Position numbers and translations under genes: made by a program
Origin: Callorhinchus milii
Taxonomy: Eukaryota
Direction: 5' to 3'
Assembly: GCF_018977255.1 (NCBI RefSeq)
Contig: NW_024704742.1
Span: forward strand, 25,546,001-25,606,000
DNA: 60,000 nt
In this document: one piece after another, positions 1-11,526 of the stretch
Layout: each line of letters begins with the position of its first letter
Position numbering within the stretch: position 1 is the stretch's first letter
Notes under the pieces: generated by a model
Databases searched by the model: none
What the model was told of the DNA's origin: nothing
The model's input: the letters and a program-made list of their open reading frames with translations, nothing else

Positions 1-209
1 CTAACAATTCCATGCATTTCACCTACACATGGAAATTCCAGAGATAGATTGTTGGGACTATCTTTTCATTTAGCCAAAAGTAGAGATAATATACAAGTGC
101 AATTTATCATCAATTGATATTTGTTGCTCAGTTTCAATAACATTCTCCCATATCCTGGTTATTTGTCTCCTAGATTTTCTTCTATTATTATCTTCTTCAA
201 TTCATTGAA

Positions 210-365
210 TTAAAGAATGTTTGCAGCATGGAAGAAGGCCATTTGGCCCATTGTGTCTGTGCTGGTGCTAGCTCTCCTACTAGTCCTATCCTGCTCTTTC
301 CTCATTTTTTTTACTTTTAATAATATTTTCCTTCAAATATTTATTCAATTCTCTTTTAATTGCCA
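210..365 (-). mobile_element. CR1-type LINE 3' end remnant
   Basis: gaaggccatttggcccattgtgtctgtgctgg resembles the reverse complement of chondrichthyan CR1 3' ends; related to copies at 21.2, 41.0 and 48.1 kb. Confidence 0.55.
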
Positions 366-965
366 TTATTCTGGACTATAATGTGCCTTGTGTAAACTGT
401 GGGCAAACACATATGACAGAAGTGCTCATAAATATGTAGTTTACACCCAATGAAAATTGCTTATTTACATACTCAATAAATCCCTCATTGATTTTTAATT
501 ATATAACATGCTCCACGCTGCACACATCCAATTACACATGGCATTTAATAGAGCACAGCACCTCAGCTTCAACAGTCATTTGTAGTAAAGCATTTCACAT
601 TCTAAAAGCCATTTATGTAAAAATAATTCTTCTAATCTCCCTTTTTTCATCAGACAATAATTCTTAATATTATATCCTCTTCTTGTTGACAAGAAAGCAA
701 TCCCAACTTTTCATGTGCCCTCACATTCCAATAGCTCTTCCAACCTGGTAATTACCATTTGTGAATTGTTAGGAGCTTCAGCTCACAACCACCACCACAA
801 ACAACAACAACTTGCATTTATATAGCACCCTTCACGCGAGTTACTGTCCCGGAGCACTTGATAGTGGTGGAGTCTGACAATGGAGTCATCATTCAACACC
901 TAGAAACTTAGGCTTCAAGTATTTTCGTTACTATGACTGAAGAGTGAAACAATTAAAGTAATTAC

Positions 966-1054
966 CATTTGAATTTCCTCCGGCGAAAGTTCATCTTCCC
1001 ATTTGCCATCTTCCCAAAGACCCAAGTTGTCTTGCACCTCTGGGATGCTTTTAT
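966..1054 (-). CDS. STX18: Syntaxin-18 exon 7 (89 nt): (D)KSIPEVQDNLGLWEDGKWEDELSPEEIQM
   Basis: Acceptor aagcag|AT, donor ATG|gtaatt; contains the STX18 motif EDELSPEEIQM; phase 1 to phase 0. Confidence 0.95.
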
Positions 1055-3268
1055 CTGCTTAGAAAGACATACACAATTGCAATAATTTTAACAGGGATTC
1101 CATTTTAGAATACGAAAACACATCTGAAGCACAAAAAGGGCAAAAATTGCAATCCCTGCTGAGATAATTTTGAAGAAATAAACCCTTCATTTCAAATATA
1201 CTTTTAAAGACGAAAACAAAATTACACTTGTAAATTGAAAAACAAAACATTCAGCTCACACGGGGTAACTTTCATTCTAGTATTTCCAAGGCCGGACAAC
1301 GGAAAAGCATCTTAATCTCAGCTGACAAAGCACAAAATGAGAAAAGTCCATTTTATCCTTTTGGGACATCAAGGACGTAACTTCAATCTCAGACTGAAGT
1401 TACGAAATGGGTTCAATACAACCCATTTCGTCACCAGAAGAAAGAGTTTGAAAGATTCTCACGGCCCCAAAAGGAAGTCAAGTGAAACATCTACTAAACC
1501 TATATTGCACATCCTTCACTGGTGTGATTGTTGTACAGCCTGAGCAGCTCAGGAACTATCATATACCATACAAGATTTGATCATCAGTAACTAGCTGTTA
1601 TTACCCCCAACTCCAACTCAAACCAAATGTTCAGCCAGCCCTTTTTATCTGTGCAAAAGAAGGTGTTAATCAACACGGCATGAAGTGTTTAGAAGGGAGT
1701 CCATTCCATACTCTGTGGGGGTGGACAGGGGAGAAATTCCTCCACTCATGCTGGAGGCTTGTTAATTCTGTCCTTATACTCTCCAGATTGATGCACACAA
1801 TCTACATTAAATAACTTGCTGGCAACTAGACAATCAATACTTTACACATCTGGATCATGTTATCAATCAAACATCTTTTCCCTAATGAAAACAGGTTGCT
1901 CCGTGACCTTTTCCTTATAATGTAATTATTGGAATTAACCTGGTCAATTCTCCTTTGCTGAACCCATTACATATTACATTCCATACACATTAGGATGTGA
2001 AGGTAGAGTGCCGAGTACGCAGGATATAGTAGTTGACAACAACTTGCATGTATATCTAGTACCATTTAAAAAGGCAAAACACCTCAAAGCATTGAACAAT
2101 AGATGTTTAATGTTTAGAAAATGTATGGACAAATGGTATAGTTTTTCCTGCACTGAGAACACCCATGTGAATACTATACTATGGGGCCAATTGGGCAAAA
2201 TGCTATCCGTCCATCCCTATTTTGTAAAATAGACTGCAAACACTCTTCAGCATCTTTGTTTGGCATTGACATCTGGACTACAATGGGGGAAAATTGGCAG
2301 GTAGAAGAGTACAAGATCCGACCACGGTTGAAAGGGATGAGAGACGAGATGCTATGAAGCAAGAACGGATTTGGTGTACTAGGCTTGGGTATTTAAAAAC
2401 ACAATAATATGTATATGTCATGAAGTCTATAAAAATCTCAACTAAAACTGTATTCACAGATCATACTGAGTGCAAACTAAAAGTACCAGTACTGTAAATG
2501 TAAAACTAAGCAACTAACAAAACAATCACCAACAACAACAAATTGCATTTATATAGCACGCCTCAGGAAGAGAAGTTCCAGAGATGCATCATTTCCATTA
2601 CTACAGTATTCTTACCCCTTGAATGCTGAACCAATAACTTCAAACCTTTCACATTTTCAATAAGGATCTAATAATATAGTAAATCAATAATATTGCGGTA
2701 GCATATCTAGCAAATTACAGTTGGACATAAGGGTTATGTTCTTAAGTATGAAGGTGAAGAAGGGTTACAACAACAAATTGCATTTACATAGCATATTTCA
2801 TGTTGGGGGGAACATCCCAAGTTATGTTCTTAAATTCTTCAGGAATGAGATAATTATTACAAAATCTTTAGACAATTTCTGTATGAAATCCACTAACCAA
2901 TTATGGAAATGGACATTAAATTTGACTTACCCTCCAAACTGAGATATACCACATTGCAAAAAAAAGGTAAACAAACACATACCACAGGCTTCATTTAAAT
3001 AAATAAAACACTTGTTACTTCCACGCTGCGAGAGGGAATTCAACTTTTTAGTGAATGATTTAAAACATTTCTTAAACGCAATTTGTATTTTTTTTCGTCT
3101 TTCACCCCTTAAGGTTCTGACTGACACTAGTGTACAATTATACAGGCAGCAATACCCTCCAATACCCCATTCGAGTGACTGCTCTTCATGTGAAACCCTA
3201 GACAATGATAAAATTTGATATGCTTGATATAGCGCCTTATCACGTCTCAAAGCGCTCCACAGAATATA

Positions 3269-3510
3269 CTCCGCTCAGCTGGCTCCGGCCTGCTCCACAA
3301 CCCCCGACCCACCCGCCCCACCATTGGCGAGAGAGCCTTCAGTCACTCTGCCCCCAACTTCTAGAATTTCATCCCCCAATCAGTCCTCCTCGCCCCCTTC
3401 TTAGCCTCCTTCACGTCCCCCCTCAAGACCCTCCTCTTCGACCATGCTATTGGTCTCCTGACCCCTCCTGACGTGAAAGGCGCTATACAAATGTAATCTT
3501 GTTGTCGTTG
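3269..3510 (+). mobile_element. L2 LINE 3' fragment
   Basis: C-rich L2 3' region ending gacgtgaaaggcgctatacaaatgtaatcttgttgtcgttg; aligns with copies at 46.3 and 49.2 kb. Confidence 0.85.
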
Positions 3511-3535
3511 TTTACTGACCTTGCTGAATATAAGG

Positions 3536-3765
3536 ATAACAACAACAACTTGCATTTATATAGCGCCCTTCACACGGGGCAGCATCTCGGAGCGTTTAAT
3601 ATTGGTGGAGCCTGGAGGGAGGAGATGACCGTAAACATGGTTGAAGAGGAAGGTTTTCAGTCATGATCTAAAAGAGGAGAAAGGGGAGGAATTGAGGGAG
3701 AGAGATCCAAAGCTTTTGGGGCTTAGTCGCTGAAAGCGTGGCAGCCACTGGTGGAGGGGTAGTGG
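3536..3765 (-). mobile_element. Older L2-type 3' fragment (second tail type)
   Basis: aacaacaacttgcatttatatagcgcccttcac tail followed by a purine-rich L2 body. Confidence 0.7.
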
Positions 3766-4721
3766 TCAATGTGTACTTTCACACAACCATATATAAACAC
3801 AGTTGTTTGGGCAGATTGCACAGCATGAGCAGCAACACACAGAGAGTAAATAAGGAAAATACCACAGTGTCAGGAACCTAGTGTCTATTATGGAACCACT
3901 CCCAATGGAAGTGATTCGTTGAAATTAAAGCTGCATTAGTCAACTTGGCATTGCATGATAATATAATCTTCATTAACATAAATATGGAATTGGTTTCTAC
4001 AGGAATCCCACGCTGTAAGAGGCTGGAAGCCTAAAAGCATTTCCTGCCACAGCATGGCACTGCTGCAGATGCCACATCACAATCCATCCTGAAGGGAAAT
4101 TACTCACTACAGTTGTTCGGTTTTTCACATACAAACACTTGGGGATTAGCTCCAGGCACCATATGCAAATTACAAGGCCTTTAAAATCATAACTATATTC
4201 CAACGCAAGGAAGCTTCTTGCTCAAAGATTCCTTCAATTGCCTCCTAATTCTTCTACCCAAGTTACACTTAGTCACCTTTTTTAGACTTGAAACTTTACA
4301 TAACAAAATGACAAACAGCTGCATGATCTAAAAGAGGAGAAAGGGGAGGAATTGAGGGAGAGAGATCCAAAGCTTTCAGCTACAGCTCCTGACTTCTAGT
4401 TGCTCATCAGTCTAATTATGAAGAAAAGGCTTCGTAAAAATGAAGTATTATCTAACATTCCCATCAATTTTACTTGCACCTTTCATACAATACAGACACT
4501 TTGCTGCCTACTAAAAGAAAGGAGCTATGGTTTTTTTAGCGCCTGATTAAATTGAAATTTCAAAGCAAAATTACTTGACAAGCAATTACTATTAAGTGTA
4601 ATGAATTTCTCTCCCCTCCTCCCTCCCCAATGGGCAGACAGAAGCTATTTGTGATGAAAGCAGTACCAGCCATCAGGTGTATGGTCAATTAATCTGTCGG
4701 ATGTTGCCAAGGCACCAAAAA

Positions 4722-5175
4722 CATGTACATATATAACACTTTTCATGTAAGAAAATATCTCAAAGTGTTTCACAATGCACTTTATAGGGAACAGAGCTCC
4801 AGTAGGCTCAACAGGGGCTGAGGGACAACAGAAAAAGATTGTGCACTGACTCCGTGAGCAGGAGGGAGCACCCAGGGAGACTGATACTGTCACAGCCAGA
4901 GGTGCAGAGTGCTGGGATTCAGATTTGCTGATGTTCAGTTGAACATCCTTATGGCTCATCCAGGACTTGATGTCACTGCTCCTGCTGTAAAGTCAGCAGT
5001 CGTCCTGAAGTTGAGGATAGAGGCATAGAGATACAGTTGGTTATCATCCATATATTTGAGAAAGGTGACTCCATGCGGAGGTGGAACAGGGAGAAAAAGC
5101 AGCAAAGGAGGATAGAGTATTCTTCAATGTCAAAGGCTGGAGAGGACGAGGAGGCACTGGCTCACAGCAGTATCA
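4722..5175 (-). mobile_element. Degenerate L2 ORF2/3' remnant
   Basis: Tail at 4722-4775; agttggttatcatccatata reads as a decayed YMDDNQL (YADD-like) RT motif on the minus strand; tgtcaaaggctggagagg resembles the DLSAAFD region. Confidence 0.6.
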
Positions 5176-5254
5176 AATCCCCTTACAAATTTGACCAGTC
5201 TTGAGTGAGAATGTATCCCGAAAGCTGGTATGTTTTTTGGTAGATTTTGTAAGG

Positions 5255-5478
5255 CACTGGGAGAAACCCCTTTCTCTCTTTTTAATAGTCATTGAATTTT
5301 TAAAGTCATGTGAAACAAGCAAATAAGATCTGTTTAATATCTTGTTTCATAGACGGGATATCCAGCAAAGCAGTTCTTCCCTACAGTGCAATGGAGCAGT
5401 TATGCACTCAAATCCTGGGGCTTGAATCCATAGCCTTCTGACTCAGAGGTGAGAGTGCTACCAAATGAGCCAGGTTAG
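5255..5478 (-). mobile_element. DeuSINE-like (SacSINE1-type) SINE, partial
   Basis: tRNA-like head on the minus strand (ggcttgaatccatagccttctgactcagaggtgagagtgctaccaaatgagcc) plus a decayed Deu domain; aligns with the 6.4-6.9 kb copy. Confidence 0.7.
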
Positions 5479-6439
5479 CATTTAGCAAGAAGAAACAAAT
5501 ATAACTTGCATAAAATCAGTGGAGACTTCAGGGAAGTCTGACACTGTAAGCTTTCAAAAATGTATGTAAAGTTAACTTAGTGGCTGATTTACAAACAGCC
5601 TCTACTAGGAACAGCTGTACAGTATAGTAGTCACTACAAAGCCATCTCATATTGAATGACCTTCAATTCCCAACAGGATACATCAATTGAGAAATGAGTA
5701 ACAAAACAAAACACATTCTTATGTTCGATTCTTAAATGGACATTAACGCACAAATTTACAAGCACTAATAGATATCTAAGAACAGATTCAAATGTGTTTA
5801 TTACTGGTAAGAAATCCTATTTTATTCTTTGTGAGAGAACCATCAGTATTGTTCGGGTAATCTTTTAATTCAAAGAAAGTCGTGCCAGTTCAGTTGAAAC
5901 ATTTTTGTTTATTACTGCCTGGAATGGTGAAATTATTATTCCCATAAAATAAAAGCAGCAGTATCATAAAACAGCCTGTGTACTCCACATCATAGAAGAA
6001 AGTTTATTTTTTAATGTCTCATACAAAACTAAGATAAATTAGTGCACTTCAGTAATATGTTTTATTCTGTTTAGTATATTGGGGTTTCAAAGCAAGGATC
6101 AATGTTACCTTTTTTAATTAATTTCTTAATTGGCTCATTTTAACATGCACATCAATACGTATAGTTCATTAATTTCAGAATAAACGTTCATAGTTAATTA
6201 ATTTCAGTACTAAATGCTCACCAAATTTCAGAAAGCAAAATAACCCCACTGATTCAAATCATATGGTGATAAACTTACTCAGATTAAACACAATTTGATT
6301 ATGTAAAGGAGAGAAAAATGTTTGCGATGTAAATAAACAGTGTAACTCCAATTCAAAATTGTCTCACAGCTTGTAATAATATTACAAGCGTTCCAAGACG
6401 CTGCCCTGCATGAAGGGGGCCATATAAATGCAAGTTGTT

Positions 6440-6890
6440 GTAATATCTTAATATATGTAGCAACTTTCACGTTGGGAAGACATTTCAAAATGCTTCAGAG
6501 GTAAAGTGTAATATGTATTTGTAAGTGGCCATGTATTTGTAGAAAGCAAGACAGCTAATTTGCATACAGCGATTTCCGACAAATATCCATCAAGTGAAGA
6601 ACCAATTTTAACTCAGGAATTGTCAACCAGGAAACCCGGAGCAACTCACTTCAGTGGCATGGGATCTTTAAAGGCCACCTGAGCAGGCCAAGGGGACCCT
6701 GATTAACGTCTCATCTGAAGGATCACAAGGTTAGTTCAGATGATGGCACCTCAAACAATGTAGTGCGTCCTCAGCACCGAGTTGGAGTGTCAGCCTAGAC
6801 AATGTGAGTTCAAAGACTCAACTTCGGCACTTGAATCCACAACCTTCAGACTCAGAGGTGAGAAGTGCTACCAACTGAGCCAGGCTAACA
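6440..6890 (-). mobile_element. DeuSINE-like SINE, near full length
   Basis: A and B boxes on the minus strand at 6828-6885, Deu-type body (agtgtcagcctaga, ttaacgtctcatctgaaggat) and an L2-like tail near 6445-6500. Confidence 0.8.
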
Positions 6891-7316
6891 TCTGAAGTTA
6901 AGAGTGACATACCGAGGCTTCCCAATGGAACATGCAGTGTGCAATGCTTGAAGTTTTCCAGCTTCTGCCATTAAAGCAATTTTAACCCCAATGACTGTAT
7001 TTGAACAGATCTTTTGAAGAATATGCACTTAGTTTTGCATAAACATTTCATGAAAAACAGACGAGTTCAACTGCAAACTTCCTCCACCCATCTCTAAGTG
7101 GCATAAAAACTGTATGACTGTATATTTCACACAGTTCTGAAAGGAAAAGCATGATTGATAAATTCACTCCACTGGTACTTCAAATTTTATGACCTAACAA
7201 TAATTCCTTTGCAAATGATCATTAATAAAATTATCTGTACATAAAAATTTACCACAAGTCCTGCTTTCATTTTACTGTGATCATACTACTAGTTTATAAC
7301 ATTTGTTGCTACATAC

Positions 7317-7432
7317 CATTATTTTCATCTTTTATGACTTGTTCTTCTGAATTCTCTGTCTTGCTAGGAAGATTCAACTCTGAAGATGAAACCAAAGGTT
7401 TCTTGCTATGCTGTTCAGGTGCAATTCTTGAC
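7317..7432 (-). CDS. STX18: Syntaxin-18 exon 6 (116 nt): (L)SRIAPEQHSKKPLVSSSELNLPSKTENSEEQVIKDENN
   Basis: Acceptor tttcatag|G, donor ATG|gtatgt; open frame; phases fit exons 5 and 7; encodes the variable linker. Confidence 0.9.
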
Positions 7433-7484
7433 CTATGAAAAAAAATGTCACAACAGCGCTCAACAACAGGATGGATCATTATAT

Positions 7485-7662
7485 TTCAGCAAAGGTTCCT
7501 GCCCCTGATCACTATACAGACACTATTGCTTGAAAGTGCATGTATGCGGATGCTGAGGACGGATTGGATAGGACAGTGATGTGCCCAAGGTCAAATAACC
7601 TGCCAACATTCATTGGCTAGACACACACAAAAAATAGCCAATCGTTGAAGTATTGAAGGGTG
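7485..7662 (+). mobile_element. AmnSINE2-like SINE fragment
   Basis: cagcaaaggttcctgcccctgatcactat...gaaagtgcatgtatgcggatg...tgaggacggattgg...gtgatg...ggtcaaataacctgccaacattca follows the AmnSINE2 consensus as recalled. Confidence 0.65.
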
Positions 7663-7665
7663 CCT

Positions 7666-8362
7666 ATTGGGACGTCATCCTTACGTGAAAGGCCCTATAC
7701 AAATATAATTTTGTATTGTATTGACAATCTTGGAGTCTAAGGACAACCCCAGGCTCCTCTTCTCCATCACGAACTGTCTCCTCCACCCACCCTCGCATGT
7801 CTCGCCCATCCTCACCTCAAATGGCAACTGCGAGGTGATGCTGGACTTCCTCGAATCCAAAGTCCAGGGAATCTGCTCAGCTGCCTCTGCATCTGCTACC
7901 CCCTCCCCATTTCCTCCCTCCACACCTTTGAACATGTCTCCCACTCCTCTCTCATCACCATCATAACCCGCATGAAACCGACCACCTGCTCCCTCAACCC
8001 CATCCCTATCCCTCTCCTTAACTCCCAGCTCCACCTATTATCCCTCTACTCACTGACATCATAAACCTCTCCCTGTCTACTGGCACTGTACCCACCCCAT
8101 TAAAAAAAAAGCCGTCATCACTCGTAACTTTAAAAAACCCTCCCTGGAACTCCATCCCGCAGTCTCTCCGCCTCATCCCCTCCCTCACCACCTTCAAGAC
8201 CCATCCAAGAGCCTCCTCTTCGACCGTGCTTTCGATCTCCCTGCTTCTCCGCTGCCCTCCACCCTGACCCCCTGCTCGGGTCCGTAACTCTGTCTGTCCA
8301 GTGCCTTGGGACGTCCTCCCGACGTGAAAGGCGCTTTACAAATATAATTTTGTTGCTATTGT
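7666..8362 (+). mobile_element. L2 LINE fragments (tail, internally deleted ORF2 and 3' end)
   Basis: ORF 7721-7966 contains ILESKDNPRLLFSITNCLL, typical of L2 ORF2; ends with the L2 stem-loop tail near 8300-8362. Confidence 0.85.
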
Positions 8363-8424
8363 ATTGCCTGAGGACCCATACTGCAGCATGAGGCAGTAGA
8401 AAATGGAGAATAAAGAAACGCATT

Positions 8425-8805
8425 TTATAATAGTAATCCTTGCATTTGATATGGTGCCTTATCAAATCGTCAAAACGATTCACGGCGTACCACAGGATTT
8501 ACTGCAAAATGCAGTGACTGTATATTTGTAGATGAACACAGCAATCCATTTGCACACATAAATGCCCCACAAACAGCCATGAAGTGAATGACCAGTACGA
8601 TCTAGGGAATTGTTGGCCAGAGTGCCGACCTAAAATGGGTGAGGACGGCAGTTTGATATCTCTTCAAATGACAACATCTCTAACAATGCAGTGCACCCCA
8701 GCACTGCACTGAAGTATCAGCCTGGACTGTGAGCTCAATGTCGCAATGTTGGGCTTGAACACAGAACCTTCTGACTCAGAGGCAAAAGTGCCACCCAAGC
8801 TAACA
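8425..8805 (-). mobile_element. DeuSINE-like SINE
   Basis: Head gggcttgaacacagaaccttctgactcagaggc, Deu body gcactgcactgaagtatcagcc, tail taatccttgcatttgatat. Confidence 0.75.
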
Positions 8806-9209
8806 TTTTAAAAGTGGCTCCAATGAAGCGTTGTTTTGGAAAATATATTAATATTTGGCATTTACTGAAAAATACTGCATATATTTAGACTATGACAGGA
8901 ATATTGTGATCTTTTTCATGGCGAATAAACCATGTCATATTTTAAAGCTACTGTACAAATGACAACCATTGTAAATGCAGTCTTTGGTTCAACACACAAT
9001 ACAATATTAACTCAGAGAAGAGTCATTAAATCATGAAGATTTTTCAAAATTGAATTACTTCAGATGGAAACAATTATGTCAGAATTCACTCCAAAACATT
9101 AACATTTTGTCATTGTACATATTTCTAGAGACTATTTTGTGTCTACCTATCCGGATGTGGGAGTAAAATAGAGCTGCATGGCTGTCAAAACAGAATTGAG
9201 TTGCACAGT

Positions 9210-9392
9210 ATAATAATATTAATAATCCTTGCATTTGATATAGCGCCTGATCAAGTCAAGACATCTCAAAGCTCTTCACAAAATATACTGCAAAGTGAAT
9301 TGACTGTATTTTGTGGGCAAAACACGGCAGCCAATTGCGCACAGCAGTGTCCCACAAACAGTCATGGATTGAGTGACCAAATTATTATTATT
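9210..9392 (-). mobile_element. 5'-truncated tRNA-SINE (L2-tailed family)
   Basis: Reverse complement of the 3' half of the SINE at 30165-30490. Confidence 0.85.
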
Positions 9393-11459
9393 ATCACCTT
9401 CTCCTGTATATATCAATAAATCTAACGCAGAATTTTTTTTTAAAAAAAGCAACAATGTGCTCGCGGGATAGGTATTATTTTAGAAAATAATTTCTTACAC
9501 ATGACATAGCCAAGTGCAATTTACAATAGCAATAATAGCAGCACTTCTGGGAACAAACAATATGTAAGTAAGGATTTATTTTGCAATCTGAAACAGGGAC
9601 AGCATCAAGTTAGGGAGAAACAGGGATGGAGCAAGTAAAAGAGAGAGAGAGAGAAAATAGTCAACAAGAGAAGACAGAAAGACAGAGTGAAAAGTGGTGT
9701 AATTTTTGATGGAAGAAGTTTTTGGCAAACATTTGGTAGCTAATTTGAATTTTGCATGATGCCCCATTATCTGCACTCTTTCCATATCTGCAATGTAGCC
9801 AGTCCTGACTATTGCGTCAAACGAGTTCAACAACGACAACAATTTATATTTGTTTAGCGCCTTTCACATTGGGAGGATGTCTCAAAGTCATTGAATAGTC
9901 AAGGCCGTGCACCCGAGCTGGGTGTTGGGATCAGAAGGAGAGGTCTCCACTGTATATCTACTGATATTGCTATGCGACAGCCCTATGTGTACCCACCATT
10001 AAATTTTATAGCTATTAGTCTGTTAATTTCTAGAATTATGCAATCCCAATCCCACTAAATTGCACCTTGGGATGTCCTCCCGACGTGAAAAGGCACTATA
10101 CAAATGTAATTTTGTATTGTATGTTAATATTGGTAATCATTCAGATTATTAAAATTATAAAATAGACCATTAAGTTAGTTGCAGCACTTTATGATTGGAT
10201 TAATCAGTGCTTTCATTTTAATGTTTCTTTGTCACAATCCATATCTGTAACGCGGCTTCTTACAAATCCACATCCTTATTCTCTGCAGCTGTATCACATT
10301 CATTTCACCCTCAAGTAACACACAAAATACTGCCCTTCACTGCTGAGCGTATAATCCTGTTTGCCAGCCTGAACATTTTGACACTATTTGAATCAACATT
10401 TACTGCATCAACATCACATACATGGAGGTAAAGCTGAAGATTTGTGATGTTGATGTAGCTTAATTCTAGTATTATCTCAAACTCTAAAAATTATGAGTCA
10501 AATCTCGGAGCCTTTTGGAATACTGCATTGTCCAGGAAGAATTACAATCATTCAATGCAATCATTCAATGCAATACAATCATTTACAATGCCATTTCATA
10601 CTATTCTTACAAGAAGGGAATAGAAAATGATCGATAAGGAGTGGGCCACAGTGAGGAAAAAAAAATTAAACAAATAAATTAATATTTTTTGTAATTGTCC
10701 AAACTCTCAGTGGGCTCAATGCACTGAGCCCATCAATATGTTTTCATTTAATAAGATGTTGAATAATTAGACAACAATGCTTCCAATAGGTATCAGGCAC
10801 TAAAAATACCTTCAAGTGATATTTCAAGTTAATTCTCAACATGGACCCAATCAGAACATCAGTCCCCATGGTATTAACTGCAGCATTTATGAATCCAAGC
10901 TATCTGTACTGAAATTGGCCCAATTATAATAATAAATAACCCTTGTGTTTGATATGGCATTTTTTACGTCTTCTAGATGTCTCAAGGTGCTTCACAGAAT
11001 ATACTGTAAAGTGAATTGACTGTATACTTGTGAGCGATAATATCAAAGTATTTGCCAACTATAACACAGTTCTAACAGAAAAACCATGGCATACCATTTC
11101 CAGTTGTGAGTTTGCACTAGATATTCCTTAACCCACTAGGTCATCAAAGGAGTTATCCATCTGGATTTCCCATCATCTACTATCAGTATTTTAACCTAAA
11201 CACGTTTGGGCAGTGCGCCTTTAAAAGGTTCAGACAAATTTTCCAAGACTCAGTGGGTTTAAATATCGTGTTCAATGGGTTCCATGGTGGACCAGAATGT
11301 ATCATATGGCTAGGATCCGACCTGCAATAAAGTTAAGAGATGTAGCTCTCAAAAGTAAGCACCATTAAAAACAGATTGTACTCTACCATCAATACGTAGC
11401 TTTGAAAACTGATTACTATTCTTTAAAGAGGAAACATTGAGCCTTAAAACAATACTTAC

Positions 11460-11526
11460 AGCCTTTTCTTGTCCACCAATCGCTTGACTCGAATTGCCCT
11501 CTGCTCAGAGTACACTTTACACACAC
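11460..11526 (-). CDS. STX18: Syntaxin-18 exon 5 (67 nt): (S)[21 protein letters not shown](L)
   Basis: Acceptor ggcag|GT, donor GCT|gtaagt; nearly identical to the human peptide [22 protein letters not shown]. Confidence 0.97.

Noticed and set aside
4390..4420. Minus-strand ctgatgag as a hammerhead ribozyme core
   Set aside because: It is followed by caactagaag with no GAAA core and no supporting stems.
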